A stretch of 53,155 nucleotides of DNA from Desulfovibrionaceae bacterium (lineage in GTDB: Bacteria > Pseudomonadota > Gammaproteobacteria > Burkholderiales > Burkholderiaceae_C): the NCBI GenBank assembly GCA_009778355.1, contig WRJY01000338.1, positions 1-53,155 of the forward strand, given 5' to 3'. Made by a program: the position numbers and the translations under genes. The stretch's first letter is position 1. Each line of letters starts with the position of its first letter. Positions 9,282 through 18,251 of this stretch are shown piece by piece. Below the pieces are notes generated by a model. The model was not told the origin of the DNA. It ran no database searches and saw only the letters and a program-made list of their open reading frames with translations.

Positions 9282-9829
9282 GCGAGAGAAAGCTCCTTCA
9301 TCCGCGCTTGCAGCAGGGCCTGCAATTGGGCTGGGGTGCGGGCCACCTGGCAGAAGTCGATGCCGCGCAGCCGCTGCACGTTGTCCAGCTCGATGCGCCG
9401 TGGCCGCAGCGTCACCCACTCGCGCGGCGACCGGGTGACCACCACCGGTTCGGTATCGCACGCCAGCACGATGCCGGCAATGCCGAGCTTGCCGGCCTGC
9501 GCGAACATGTTGGTCGGCAGGGTATCGCTGATGCCCAGGGCGCACTTGGCCACCGTGTTGCTGGTCGCGGGAGCGATGACCACGGTGTGATACATGTCGC
9601 CATACAGCATTCCGACCGGCACGCCGCTGGCGGTCTTGTCGCGGAAGATGCGAAAGCGCGACTTCAGCGCCTTCAGCTCCAGCTTGTAAATGGGCAGCAC
9701 CTCCTCGGCCGCGGCCGACAAAAACAAATCGACCGCGGGCAAGCTGGCTGCCAGCGCAAGCGACTCGTCGAGGAAGTGACCGCACCCGGTAAGGCACCAG
9801 GCCAGCCGCGAACGCTTGGGCTCGTCCAT
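9260..9829 (-). CDS. AfpA/DmrB-like flavoprotein, probable dihydromethanopterin reductase
   Basis: ATG 9829; HFCD-type flavoprotein motifs AWCLTGCGHFL, LSAAAEEV and IAPATSNTVAKCALGISDTLPTNMFAQAGK; adjacent to Orf20. Confidence 0.85.
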   Translation of the reverse strand: MDEPKRSRLAWCLTGCGHFLDESLALAASLPAVDLFLSAAAEEVLPIYKLELKALKSRFRIFRDKTASGVPVGMLYGDMYHTVVIAPATSNTVAKCALGISDTLPTNMFAQAGKLGIAGIVLACDTEPVVVTRSPREWVTLRPRRIELDNVQRLRGIDFCQVARTPAQLQALLQARMKELSLAWNTSSS

Positions 9830-9845
9830 GACGCGGGGCGCGGGC

Positions 9846-11843
9846 TCAGCCGGGCGGGGAGATGTCGATGCGCAGTTTGCGAAGTTTTCGATACAGGGTG
9901 TTGCGGCTGACATCTAGCGCCTTGGCGACGTTGCTCATGTTCCAGTGATGCTGCGCGAGCATTTGCAGCAGCACCTGCCGTTCGTTGGCCTGAAGCGGGG
10001 TGAGTTTGAGCTCCGGCGCCTCATTGCCAGGCGCTGGCGCGCTGGCCTCCCGGGCTTGGGCGCTGCTCGCCTCGGGCGCGAGGGGGCTGGGCGGCGCGGC
10101 GCTCAGCGAAACCAGGTGCGCCGGCGTGACCGCGCCGCCATCGGCCAGCGCGGCGGCGCTGCGCAGCACGTGGCGCAACTGGCGCAGGTTGCCAGGCCAG
10201 GGATGGCTCATCAGCAGCTTTTCGGCCTCCAGACTGAGCTTGCATTGCGGGCCGCCTTCGTCGGCGAGCACGGCATGAATGAGCTCGCGCCTGTCGCTGC
10301 GCTCGCGCAAGGCAGGCAGATTGAACTCGATACCGGCCAAGCGGTAGTACAGGTCCTCGCGGAAACGGCCTTCGCACACCAGACTCGGTAAATGGCGGTG
10401 ACTGGCGCTGACGAGCTGGAAGTCGACCGCATGGGTTTCCTCGGTTCCGAGCGGCGTGACCTGGCGCTCGTCGAGCACGCGCAGCAGCCGCGCTTGCAAA
10501 TCGAGCGGCATGTCGGCGATTTCGTCGAGAAACAAGGTGCCGCCATCGGCCTGCAATATCTTGCCGCGTCGCCCGCTGCGCTGCGCGCCGGTAAAGGCCC
10601 CAGCCTTGTAGCCGAACAGCTCGGACTCGATCAGGCTCTCGGGAAGGCTGGCGCAATTGACGGCGACAAACGCGCCGCCGGCGTGCGGGCTGCCGTCATG
10701 GAGCGCGCGCGCGAAAACCTCCTTGCCGGAGCCGGTTTCGCCGCACAGCAGCACCGGCGTGCGGCGCGCAATGACGCGCCGGGCGGTTTGCAGGTGCGCG
10801 ATCAGCCGCGTATCCTTGAAAACGCCCGCGCTCGCGGCGCCCGGCGGCGATGCGGCGCGAAAAGTCTCCGGCGCCGGCAGCGCCGAGTGTGCGGACAGCG
10901 GCTTGACCGCCTCGGATGCGGGACGCCGCGCCACGGCAAAAAAACGCAGCGATGGATTGACCCGGTAAGCCACCACCGGATGAAAAAACGATGACAAGCT
11001 GCGTTGCAGGATTTCTTCGAGCGAGGTCTGAAACAGCTCATCGAGGCGCCGCGAACGAATCTCGTCCATCGAGCGCAGGCCAAGCTGGAACAAGGCGCTG
11101 CGATTGGCCGCCAGGATGCGCCCGTCCGCGGCCACCGCGAGCTTGCCCTCATGCAGTGTATAGACGAATTCCGGCCGGCTATGGAAATGCAGCGGATGCG
11201 CGTTGGGAAAACGCTTGTCGATGAGCCGGTTTTCGATCATGCGGGCCGTCATCCCCAGCAGCACCAGCACATGCTGTTGCATCAGGCTGGAACGGCTCGT
11301 CACGTCCAGCGCCGCGATGATTTCGCCGGACGGATCGAAGATCGGTACCGCCGAGCAGGTCAGTTGCGTGAGCTGGCTGAAGAAATGCTCATCGCGCCGC
11401 ACCGAGATCGGATGGGCCACCGCCAGACAAGTGCCCATGCCGTTGGTGCCCGCCTGCGCTTCGCCCCACATGCCTCCCGCGCGCAGACCCATCGGCTCGG
11501 CATCGGCGGCGAACTCGGGCGAAGACACCATGTGCACGATCACGCCATCGGTATCGGTCAGCACCACCGCCGACTCCGCGTCGGCAAGCTGCTGATAGAG
11601 CGTGTTCATCTCGTAGCGCGCGCATTCGATGACATCGGCGCACAGCGCGCGCCTGCCGCGCAGATCCTCCGACGCGATGACGGCTGGCTCGCGCAGCCTG
11701 CCAGGGTCGAGCTTGTACTGATCGATACAGCGGCTCCACGAGCGCGCGATGGGGTCATCGCCCTCTTCCCGAAACCCCTTCCCGGCCACCTCAAGCACAC
11801 GATGTGCATGTCGATCAGGATGTCGATGCATCAAGGCCATCAA
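9846..11843 (-). CDS. Sigma54-dependent Fis-family activator with GAF domain (AcoR-like)
   Basis: GAF motifs SWSRC, W.E...GTNGMGT and LTCSAVPIFDP; AAA+ motifs GETGSGKE, ESELFG, GAFTGA, LFLDEI, FREDLYYRL and WPGNLRQL; C-terminal HTH SRNTLYRKL. Confidence 0.93.
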   Translation of the reverse strand: MMALMHRHPDRHAHRVLEVAGKGFREEGDDPIARSWSRCIDQYKLDPGRLREPAVIASEDLRGRRALCADVIECARYEMNTLYQQLADAESAVVLTDTDGVIVHMVSSPEFAADAEPMGLRAGGMWGEAQAGTNGMGTCLAVAHPISVRRDEHFFSQLTQLTCSAVPIFDPSGEIIAALDVTSRSSLMQQHVLVLLGMTARMIENRLIDKRFPNAHPLHFHSRPEFVYTLHEGKLAVAADGRILAANRSALFQLGLRSMDEIRSRRLDELFQTSLEEILQRSLSSFFHPVVAYRVNPSLRFFAVARRPASEAVKPLSAHSALPAPETFRAASPPGAASAGVFKDTRLIAHLQTARRVIARRTPVLLCGETGSGKEVFARALHDGSPHAGGAFVAVNCASLPESLIESELFGYKAGAFTGAQRSGRRGKILQADGGTLFLDEIADMPLDLQARLLRVLDERQVTPLGTEETHAVDFQLVSASHRHLPSLVCEGRFREDLYYRLAGIEFNLPALRERSDRRELIHAVLADEGGPQCKLSLEAEKLLMSHPWPGNLRQLRHVLRSAAALADGGAVTPAHLVSLSAAPPSPLAPEASSAQAREASAPAPGNEAPELKLTPLQANERQVLLQMLAQHHWNMSNVAKALDVSRNTLYRKLRKLRIDISPPG

Positions 11844-11918
11844 GTGTCTCCATTGTCAGTATCTCGCTTTGTACGCCGGCAACCCGCAGCGACGCCATGC
11901 AACCGCCGCTCGATTCAC

Positions 11919-11934
11919 TGGCATGTATATTGCT
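11919..11934 (+). promoter_or_regulatory. Sigma54 -24/-12 promoter for folB
   Basis: TGGCATGTATATTGCT has exact GG-N10-GC spacing and is divergent from the sigma54 activator gene. Confidence 0.75.
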
Positions 11935-12098
11935 TTAGTGTACCCGTGCAGCGCGGCGTTTGCAGCAAGAAGATCGCAAGGCCGGTGACGCCGCCGCCCC
12001 TCGCTGAAAAACCGGAGACCATCTTGAACACGACCCCACGGCTTGACACCGGTTTCGACACCAGCGCGCCCGCAGGCAAGGCGGCCCTGCCCACTTCG

Positions 12099-12527
12099 AT
12101 GGACGTGATCTTCATCGAGGGTTTCCGGGGCCAAACCGTGATTGGCATCGATGACGCCGAACTGCACGATCCACAGCCGATCGAAATCGATCTGGCCGCG
12201 GGGCTGCCGCGCTTGCGCGCCTGTGGAACCGACCGCATTGGCGACACGATCGACTACGCCCTGGTGCATGAACGCCTCGAACGCCTGCTGGCCGGGCACC
12301 CATTGCAATTGCTGGAGGCTTTGGCGGAGACGATCGCCGGTTTTCTCATCGACGAATTCGGCGCCGCCTGGGTTCGCGTCAAGGTGCGCAAGCCGCGCAA
12401 GTTCGAGAATGTACAGGCGGTCGGCGTGCAGATCGAACGCCACGCCTGCCCGCCCTCCGGCCCAAGTCACGGCGGCGCGACCGTGCTGAAGTTCCTGGCC
12501 AGCGGCATGGTGCCGGGCAAACGCTGA
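12099..12527 (+). CDS. folB: Dihydroneopterin aldolase
   Basis: Motifs MDVIFIEG...TVIGI, Q.IEIDL, D.IGDTIDY, LLEALAE and VRKP. An alternative TTG start at 12024 is preceded by GGAG. Confidence 0.88.
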   Translation: MDVIFIEGFRGQTVIGIDDAELHDPQPIEIDLAAGLPRLRACGTDRIGDTIDYALVHERLERLLAGHPLQLLEALAETIAGFLIDEFGAAWVRVKVRKPRKFENVQAVGVQIERHACPPSGPSHGGATVLKFLASGMVPGKR

Positions 12528-12538
12528 CCGCATCCTGG

Positions 12539-13465
12539 TCACCGAACGGCATGGCGGCGCAACGGCCAGCCGGTATCCGGCGCGAACCGCCAGGCCAGCA
12601 GCAGCAAGGCCAGTGCAGCGGGAATCCAGCGCAGATCGACATCCGCCGGCTGACTGTGCGCAAAGCGGCGCTCCAGCATGGCCTTGACCAGTGTGTCCGG
12701 CGCGTTCAGGCGCGCGTAGTCCACGCCGACCAGACCAGCCAATGATCGCAAGTAATCCTGCCGCAGTTCGGACAGGTGTTCGCGGGTACCGCTCTGCCCG
12801 ATGGCACTGCCCTGCACCACGTCTTGCGCTTTCCAGTAGCCGGTGACCTGGCCGTTGCCATCGACCCGGGGAATCGGCGCTGGCACGTCGCCGCCGACGC
12901 CGATCACCCAGCCCTTGACTTCGCCGGGCGTGATGTCGCCCATCGGCGGCGTTTCGTTGCCGCGCAACGGCGGCGCCTCCTGGCCATCGGTGATGAAAAC
13001 GAAGGCCGTATCCGCACCGATGGCCTTGGCGCCGCGTACCGCCCAGGTCACGCCCTTGCCGATGTTGCTGGCGTTGATCCAGCGCATACGGTCGCCAATG
13101 CGATCGAGCCCGTCCAGCAGTTCCTCGTAATGGCTGCAAACCTCCAGCGGCGTGAGGAGCACCAGCGAGCGGTAGCCCGCAAAGGCGCTCCAGCCTACCC
13201 TGGAGCCGCAAGGCAGCGCCTCCAGAACGTCTCGCATGGCCGCGCGCGCCAGCGCCAGGCGGCTGACGGCCTGCTGGCCAAGCTGGACGTCCTCGACATT
13301 CATGCTTTGCGTGATGTCGAAGCTGACCTGCCAGTTGAATACCGGCTGTTGCAGTTGCGCGCGCGGGGGCCAGACCGCCAGCGCCAGCAGCAGCAAGGCC
13401 AGCGTCAGCGGCGCGGCGCCGTTGCGCCGCCAGACCAGGCGGGACCACCGCGGCGCCGCCGTCAC
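12539..13465 (-). CDS. mxaL: MxaL-like VWA-domain protein
   Basis: Motifs FDITQSMNVED, LPCGSRVG, P.EVC.HY, FITDGQEAPP, GVGG..PAPIP and EHLSELR; last gene of the mxaRSACKL run. Confidence 0.88.
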   Translation of the reverse strand: MTAAPRWSRLVWRRNGAAPLTLALLLLALAVWPPRAQLQQPVFNWQVSFDITQSMNVEDVQLGQQAVSRLALARAAMRDVLEALPCGSRVGWSAFAGYRSLVLLTPLEVCSHYEELLDGLDRIGDRMRWINASNIGKGVTWAVRGAKAIGADTAFVFITDGQEAPPLRGNETPPMGDITPGEVKGWVIGVGGDVPAPIPRVDGNGQVTGYWKAQDVVQGSAIGQSGTREHLSELRQDYLRSLAGLVGVDYARLNAPDTLVKAMLERRFAHSQPADVDLRWIPAALALLLLAWRFAPDTGWPLRRHAVR

Positions 13466-14013
13466 GGCAAGTCTCCGGCAACGAAACCCGGCACCCGGAC
13501 ATTGCGTTTTTCTACCGATTGCTGCTGCTCGGCGGAGAAAACCTCCTGCGTTTCAGGGGCCAGCCGCAGGGCGCGTTCGAGGTTGTAGCGCGCGTCCCAG
13601 TCCTGCGGCGCGACGCGCAGCAGATCGCGCAGACGCTGCTTGCCCAATTCAAACAGCGGCAGAGCCTCGGCGCCCTGGGCCATGCCTTGCCGAAGGTACA
13701 TGTTGCCGAGATTGAACAACGCCTGCTGCGCCAACAGATCGCGCTCACCGGAACGGATCAGGCCGGCATAGCCCTTCAAGGCGGCATCGTAAAAGCCGCC
13801 CCGCGACAGGGACAACGCCCGCGCCAACTGCACTTCCCGCGCCGCCGAGACCGGCGCGGGCTCCGTGTCCTTGTCCACGGCGGTGGCGGCCATGCGGGCG
13901 ATTTCGGCATTCAGCTTCAGCGTCTGGCGCAGCCGCCCCCCGCGCTCCAGCGCCACGCCAGCCAGGCACAGACAGAGCGCGCCAAAGAACAGGTGAACAG
14001 TGCGCCGTTTCAT
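13462..14013 (-). CDS. mxaK: MxaK-like TPR protein
   Basis: ATG 14013 is coupled to the mxaC stop; N-terminal TM segment; motifs FNLGNMYLRQG and P.DWDARYNLERAL. Confidence 0.87.
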   Translation of the reverse strand: MKRRTVHLFFGALCLCLAGVALERGGRLRQTLKLNAEIARMAATAVDKDTEPAPVSAAREVQLARALSLSRGGFYDAALKGYAGLIRSGERDLLAQQALFNLGNMYLRQGMAQGAEALPLFELGKQRLRDLLRVAPQDWDARYNLERALRLAPETQEVFSAEQQQSVEKRNVRVPGFVAGDLP

Positions 14014-15002
14014 TTCCAGCTTCGCATTTGCACGGCATGAACAGCGAGCAGGCCGGCGCAGCACAACAAGGCCGCCAGGTAGAACAGGCCGCTGTGGTCG
14101 CGCCGCGGCACCCGCTCATGGATCGTCAAAGGGAAATTCTGCTGCCGGTCGATTTCCGCCATCGCCGCGGCCAGGGCGTCGGAGTCGTCCACCTGGTACA
14201 GCCGGTAGGGCGTGTCCAGGGTCTTGAAAAATTGGTGCAGCGCCAACTCTTCCCCAAGTCCGTAGCCGGACGTGGTTTCCGTACCGAGATTGGGCGAGTT
14301 CGGGCCGCTGCGGATGTAGATCCAGTAGAGGCCGATCTTCTCGCGCGCCAGGCCGGCCCGGATGCGCTCGCGCGTGGCCTCGTCGAGCTGGGCGCCGCCA
14401 TCGGAGACCATCAGGATGACGCGGCTGCCCGAGTAGCCGCGGTTCTCGAACTCTTGAATGGCGGCCAGCAGCGCCAGATCCATGCGGGTGGCCGGGATGC
14501 CGCGCCCAATGGCCGTGGCGGCCAGCGCGGCCTGTACCGTATCGGTCTTCTGCGTGAAAGGCGCGGCCATGATCGGCACAGTGCTGAAGCTCATGAACGC
14601 CAAACGGTCATCGGTCCGCCTGGCAATGAATTGACTCAGCAGGTCGCGCACCACCTTGGCCTTGGGCTCTTGTGACATCCGGCCCGCCATTCGCAGGCCG
14701 TTGGTGTGCACGGTGGCATCCATGCTGCTGCTGCGGTCCAGCAAAATCATGACCTCGGCGCCGCGCCCGGTGCGCTCCACCTGTGCCTGCATCTGCCCCG
14801 GCCCGGCAAGCCCGAGCACGGTGCAAGCCATGACCGCCACGGCCAGGGCGCGCCAAAGAAAACCGACGCTGCCGCCCACGGGATCGACGGGCAGCCAACC
14901 GATGAACGAAAAGCTCAGCGTGTCGCCGCGCTTGCGCCACAGCGGCAGCAACGCGAGCGGCAGCCAAACGAGCATCCAGGGCTGAACGAAATCGAAGCGC
15001 AT
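14010..15002 (-). CDS. mxaC: MxaC-like VWA-domain protein
   Basis: ATG 15002 (MRFDFVQPW); MIDAS DRSSSM; motifs LMVSDGGA, LYWIYIRS and E.ALH.FF.TL. Confidence 0.9.
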   Translation of the reverse strand: MRFDFVQPWMLVWLPLALLPLWRKRGDTLSFSFIGWLPVDPVGGSVGFLWRALAVAVMACTVLGLAGPGQMQAQVERTGRGAEVMILLDRSSSMDATVHTNGLRMAGRMSQEPKAKVVRDLLSQFIARRTDDRLAFMSFSTVPIMAAPFTQKTDTVQAALAATAIGRGIPATRMDLALLAAIQEFENRGYSGSRVILMVSDGGAQLDEATRERIRAGLAREKIGLYWIYIRSGPNSPNLGTETTSGYGLGEELALHQFFKTLDTPYRLYQVDDSDALAAAMAEIDRQQNFPLTIHERVPRRDHSGLFYLAALLCCAGLLAVHAVQMRSWK

Positions 15003-15013
15003 GTCCCCTCGCC

Positions 15014-15907
15014 TCAGGTTCGCCGTTCGGCGTCGCGCAAGGCACGGCACAGGGATCGAAGCGGGTAGCCGGCCGCGGGAGCCGCTGCCGCGGCATCGAC
15101 GGCAAAGAAGCGCTGGGTGGACTCGCGATAAAAATCATCGAGCCGGACCTGCAACGGGCGCAGGTAAGGCGCCTGGGCCAGAAGCCGGGGCAGGTTCCCG
15201 GCATGTACCGCGCAGCCGGCGCTGGCATTCAGACCCCGGTGAATGACACGCCAGGCATCCAGGCTGGCGAGATCGTCGATCCGCCGCAACTCACGCCAGG
15301 CGCGCGCGAAAGGACGATTGCGCGCATCGCGCGCATTGCGCCACAGCCACCAGACCAGCCACGCCCCGGCCACGCCCAGCAAGGCGGCCACCGAGAGTTG
15401 CAACTGCCGTTCGATGGCGTGCGTTTCGCGCGCCTCGACGGGGCGGTCGGGTTGCAGCGGCGGCAAATCACCCTGACCAGGCGGCGTCAACGGCCCGATG
15501 CCGATCGGCCATGCAGGCAATGCCAGCCTGGGGCCAGAGGCCGTTGCGAGTTCCAACGGCGCAACGGTGATGACGGTCGGCGCCAGCGGGGCATTGACGA
15601 GTTGGTAGTCGATCGCCAGCCAGCGCCGGCCTCGCGCATCGGTTTCGATGCGGGCTGGCCGCCGCTCCAGCCAGCGGTCGATCCGGCCTGCCGCGGGCGC
15701 AGGGCCGGGTTCGAGCGAGCGCCCCTCCTGTTGCAGCAGCATGCGCTGCGTGAAAACGTCACCCAGAACGTAGCCGAAGGCGCGCGGCTGCTCGACCACG
15801 GCCTGGACGGCAATGGGCGCGGCGGCAGGCTCGGCGCCGGCGAGGCCCGCCAACGCCAGCGCGGCGGCCAACGCAACCGCAGGCGCTGCAAACCGGCGCC
15901 TGCTCAT
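15014..15907 (-). CDS. mxaA: MxaA-like protein
   Basis: ATG 15907 is coupled to the mxaS stop; signal peptide; PRAFGYVLGD, IDYQL, central TM then RPFARA, C-terminal LRDAERR. Confidence 0.85.
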   Translation of the reverse strand: MSRRRFAAPAVALAAALALAGLAGAEPAAAPIAVQAVVEQPRAFGYVLGDVFTQRMLLQQEGRSLEPGPAPAAGRIDRWLERRPARIETDARGRRWLAIDYQLVNAPLAPTVITVAPLELATASGPRLALPAWPIGIGPLTPPGQGDLPPLQPDRPVEARETHAIERQLQLSVAALLGVAGAWLVWWLWRNARDARNRPFARAWRELRRIDDLASLDAWRVIHRGLNASAGCAVHAGNLPRLLAQAPYLRPLQVRLDDFYRESTQRFFAVDAAAAAPAAGYPLRSLCRALRDAERRT

Positions 15908-16770
15908 GCCATCTCCAGAAAATAGCGCGTGAGCGCCTCGGCGTCGAAGCGGCCTTGCAGATAAAAGGGCTGCATGTCGTGCGATGCGAAAACCGCTGCC
16001 AATTCGACGCGCCGGTCGGCGACGGTTTCGCGCCATCGCGCCCGCAACGATTCGCGCATCCACAGGCTGCGCCGCGCGCCGGTTTCCGCGTCGCTGAGCG
16101 AAGCCCATCCGCGCGCGCGCGGCGGTTGCACCTCGGCCGGGTCCCACACGACGACCGGGACGACACAGGCCGGCGCGAGCCGGTCGAGCAAGCCGCCGAG
16201 CGCGGCAAGCGGCCAATGGAAATCGGAGACGAGAAACACCAGCCCGTCACGGCCAGCCAGGCGCTCGGTCACGCTGCGCAGGCCGGACACGGCATCGCCG
16301 CCGCCCTTGGCCGTATCGGCGCGGCAGTCACGCAGCATCCGCGCCATCAGGTTGCCGATGCCGCGCGCGTGGCGCGCCGGCATGAACAGGTCCTCGCGCT
16401 CGCGCCGGTCGAACGCCAGCAAACCCACCGCGTCGCCGGCCCGAAACGCGCTATGGCCCAGCGATTGCACCAGATCGGCCACCACGTCCAGCTTGCGGCG
16501 TCTGGCGCCGAAGTGCATCGAGGCCGAGACATCGGCCACCACCTGCACACGGATGGCGACCCGCAGCCGGTGGACGCGTACCAGCCAGTCGCCGCCCGCA
16601 TCGCGCACGCTGGCGCGCAGGTCGAGACGGCGCGGGTCGGGGTAGTCGAACAGCCTGCGGTGGGCGGCAAACGCCTGCCCGCTGCCCTGGCTCAGCCCGT
16701 GGTGCGCGCCCGGACGCCAGCCGCCGAAACGCCGGGGCAGACGGTAATGGAATTCGTCAACGCTGCTCAT
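15904..16770 (-). CDS. mxaS: MxaS-like DUF58/VWA protein
   Basis: Motifs EFHYRL, PGAH, PDPRRLDLRAS, ADVSASM, GDAVG and FLVSDFHWPL. Confidence 0.9.
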   Translation of the reverse strand: MSSVDEFHYRLPRRFGGWRPGAHHGLSQGSGQAFAAHRRLFDYPDPRRLDLRASVRDAGGDWLVRVHRLRVAIRVQVVADVSASMHFGARRRKLDVVADLVQSLGHSAFRAGDAVGLLAFDRREREDLFMPARHARGIGNLMARMLRDCRADTAKGGGDAVSGLRSVTERLAGRDGLVFLVSDFHWPLAALGGLLDRLAPACVVPVVVWDPAEVQPPRARGWASLSDAETGARRSLWMRESLRARWRETVADRRVELAAVFASHDMQPFYLQGRFDAEALTRYFLEMA

Positions 16771-16783
16771 CGCACTGAAACAG

Positions 16784-17803
16784 TCAGGGCGCGGCGATTT
16801 GATCCATGATCCGGGCGATCAGCGCCGGCGCCAATTCGGCGCGCCGCAGCTCATAAACCGGCGTGAAAAAAATCCGGTGCGCCAGTACCGAGGGCAGCAC
16901 CGTCATCAGGTCGGCAGGCTCCAGATGCTGGCGCTCTTGCAGCCATGCCAGCGTGCGCGCCGCGCGCAGCAGCGCGCTCATGCCGCGCGGACTGGCGCCA
17001 GCGAGCACTAGGCGCTCCATGTCCACATCGTCCAGGCGGATGCCGAACTTGCGCGGCGTTTCGCTGGCCTCCCACAGATCGAGCACGTAACGCGCGATGG
17101 CATCGCTGACGCGCACGCTGCGCTGTATCTGCGCGCTGGCGGCGTTGAGCCGCTCCCAGGGCAGGATGGCCGGCGCCACCGCTTGGATCAGGCGCTCCGG
17201 GTCATGGAAAGCGGTGTCGAACACCAGGGCGCTGCGCACCTCGCGGCTGCTGGGCTTGGGCATGCCCAGCTCGAACATGAAACGGTCGCGCGCCGCCGAG
17301 GCCAACTCGAAGGTCTCCTCGCGCTCGACCCTGTTGCGGTCGGCAAACACCGTCATGTGTGGAAAGCTGTATTGGCGGTCGAAGGCCGCCACCGTGCGCT
17401 CGGCCATGGCGCGCAGCAGCAGCGACTGCACTTGCGGCCGCGCGCGGTTGATCTCGTTGAAGAAAAAAGTCACCAGGCGCTCGCCGTGGCGCAGCAACGG
17501 GCCGGGGTCGATGCGCGGATGCCCCTGTGCATCGACGTAGGTGTGATAGATCAAATCGCCCGGCATCAGATCGACCGTGCCTTCGACGCGCTCGAAATCG
17601 CCGCCGATGGCGCGCGAGAAGGCGCGCAGCACCGTGGTTTTGCCCACCCCCACATCGCCTTCCAGCAGCACATGGCCGCGCGCGAACAGCGCAACGTTGA
17701 TCATGCGGATCGTCTGCGGCTGCCCGATCACCGCCTTGGCGACTTCGCTTTCGAGCCGCAAGGCGAGATGACGCCAGTCCTGGAGTTGCTCTTCGGAGTC
17801 CAT
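16784..17803 (-). CDS. mxaR: MoxR-family AAA+ ATPase MxaR
   Basis: Motifs GHVLLEGDVGVGKT, RVEGTVDLMPGD, FNEINRARPQ, ETFELASAARDRF and GASPRG. Confidence 0.93.
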   Translation of the reverse strand: MDSEEQLQDWRHLALRLESEVAKAVIGQPQTIRMINVALFARGHVLLEGDVGVGKTTVLRAFSRAIGGDFERVEGTVDLMPGDLIYHTYVDAQGHPRIDPGPLLRHGERLVTFFFNEINRARPQVQSLLLRAMAERTVAAFDRQYSFPHMTVFADRNRVEREETFELASAARDRFMFELGMPKPSSREVRSALVFDTAFHDPERLIQAVAPAILPWERLNAASAQIQRSVRVSDAIARYVLDLWEASETPRKFGIRLDDVDMERLVLAGASPRGMSALLRAARTLAWLQERQHLEPADLMTVLPSVLAHRIFFTPVYELRRAELAPALIARIMDQIAAP

Positions 17804-17879
17804 GGTGTGCTTGCCGGGTCAGGTGAAACTCGAAGGTCAATCGGACAAGGGAGAGAACGCCGCTTGCGCCTGCGGCCGG

Positions 17880-18251
17880 TCAGCGCGCGGCGGCGGGTCC
17901 GATAAAGCAGCCTTGTTCGGCGCTGGCCTGAAGCGCGCGGTAGCGTTTAATGGCGGCCTGCATTTTTTCCGAGTCGCGGATCTCGCCGCCCCGTTCTCCG
18001 GCGATCGTGGTGGCCTTGGCCGCCGTGCTCATTTCCGCGTAGTCGTCGTAGCCGATCTGCCTGGCCAGCGCGTCGAGCGCGCAAGAGCACTTGCTGGTCA
18101 TCTCGAATGAAGTGCCGCCGCCCGGGTGCGCGGCCATGCATTCCTGCACGTACAGGACGCGCTCCACGGTCGGAAAGTCGTTGGCGAGCGCGATGCCATG
18201 CCCGGCCAGGGACGCGGCGCAGGCGCAAAGAAGATGAAACAGGGGTTTCAT
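17880..18251 (-). CDS. Small exported Cys-containing conserved hypothetical protein
   Basis: Signal peptide ending ALA-N. The mature part NDFPT.ERV.YV..CM...KCSC.LD...GERGG.IRD...CF has four Cys. Coupled (ATGA) to the upstream gene. Confidence 0.75.
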   Translation of the reverse strand: MKPLFHLLCACAASLAGHGIALANDFPTVERVLYVQECMAAHPGGGTSFEMTSKCSCALDALARQIGYDDYAEMSTAAKATTIAGERGGEIRDSEKMQAAIKRYRALQASAEQGCFIGPAAAR

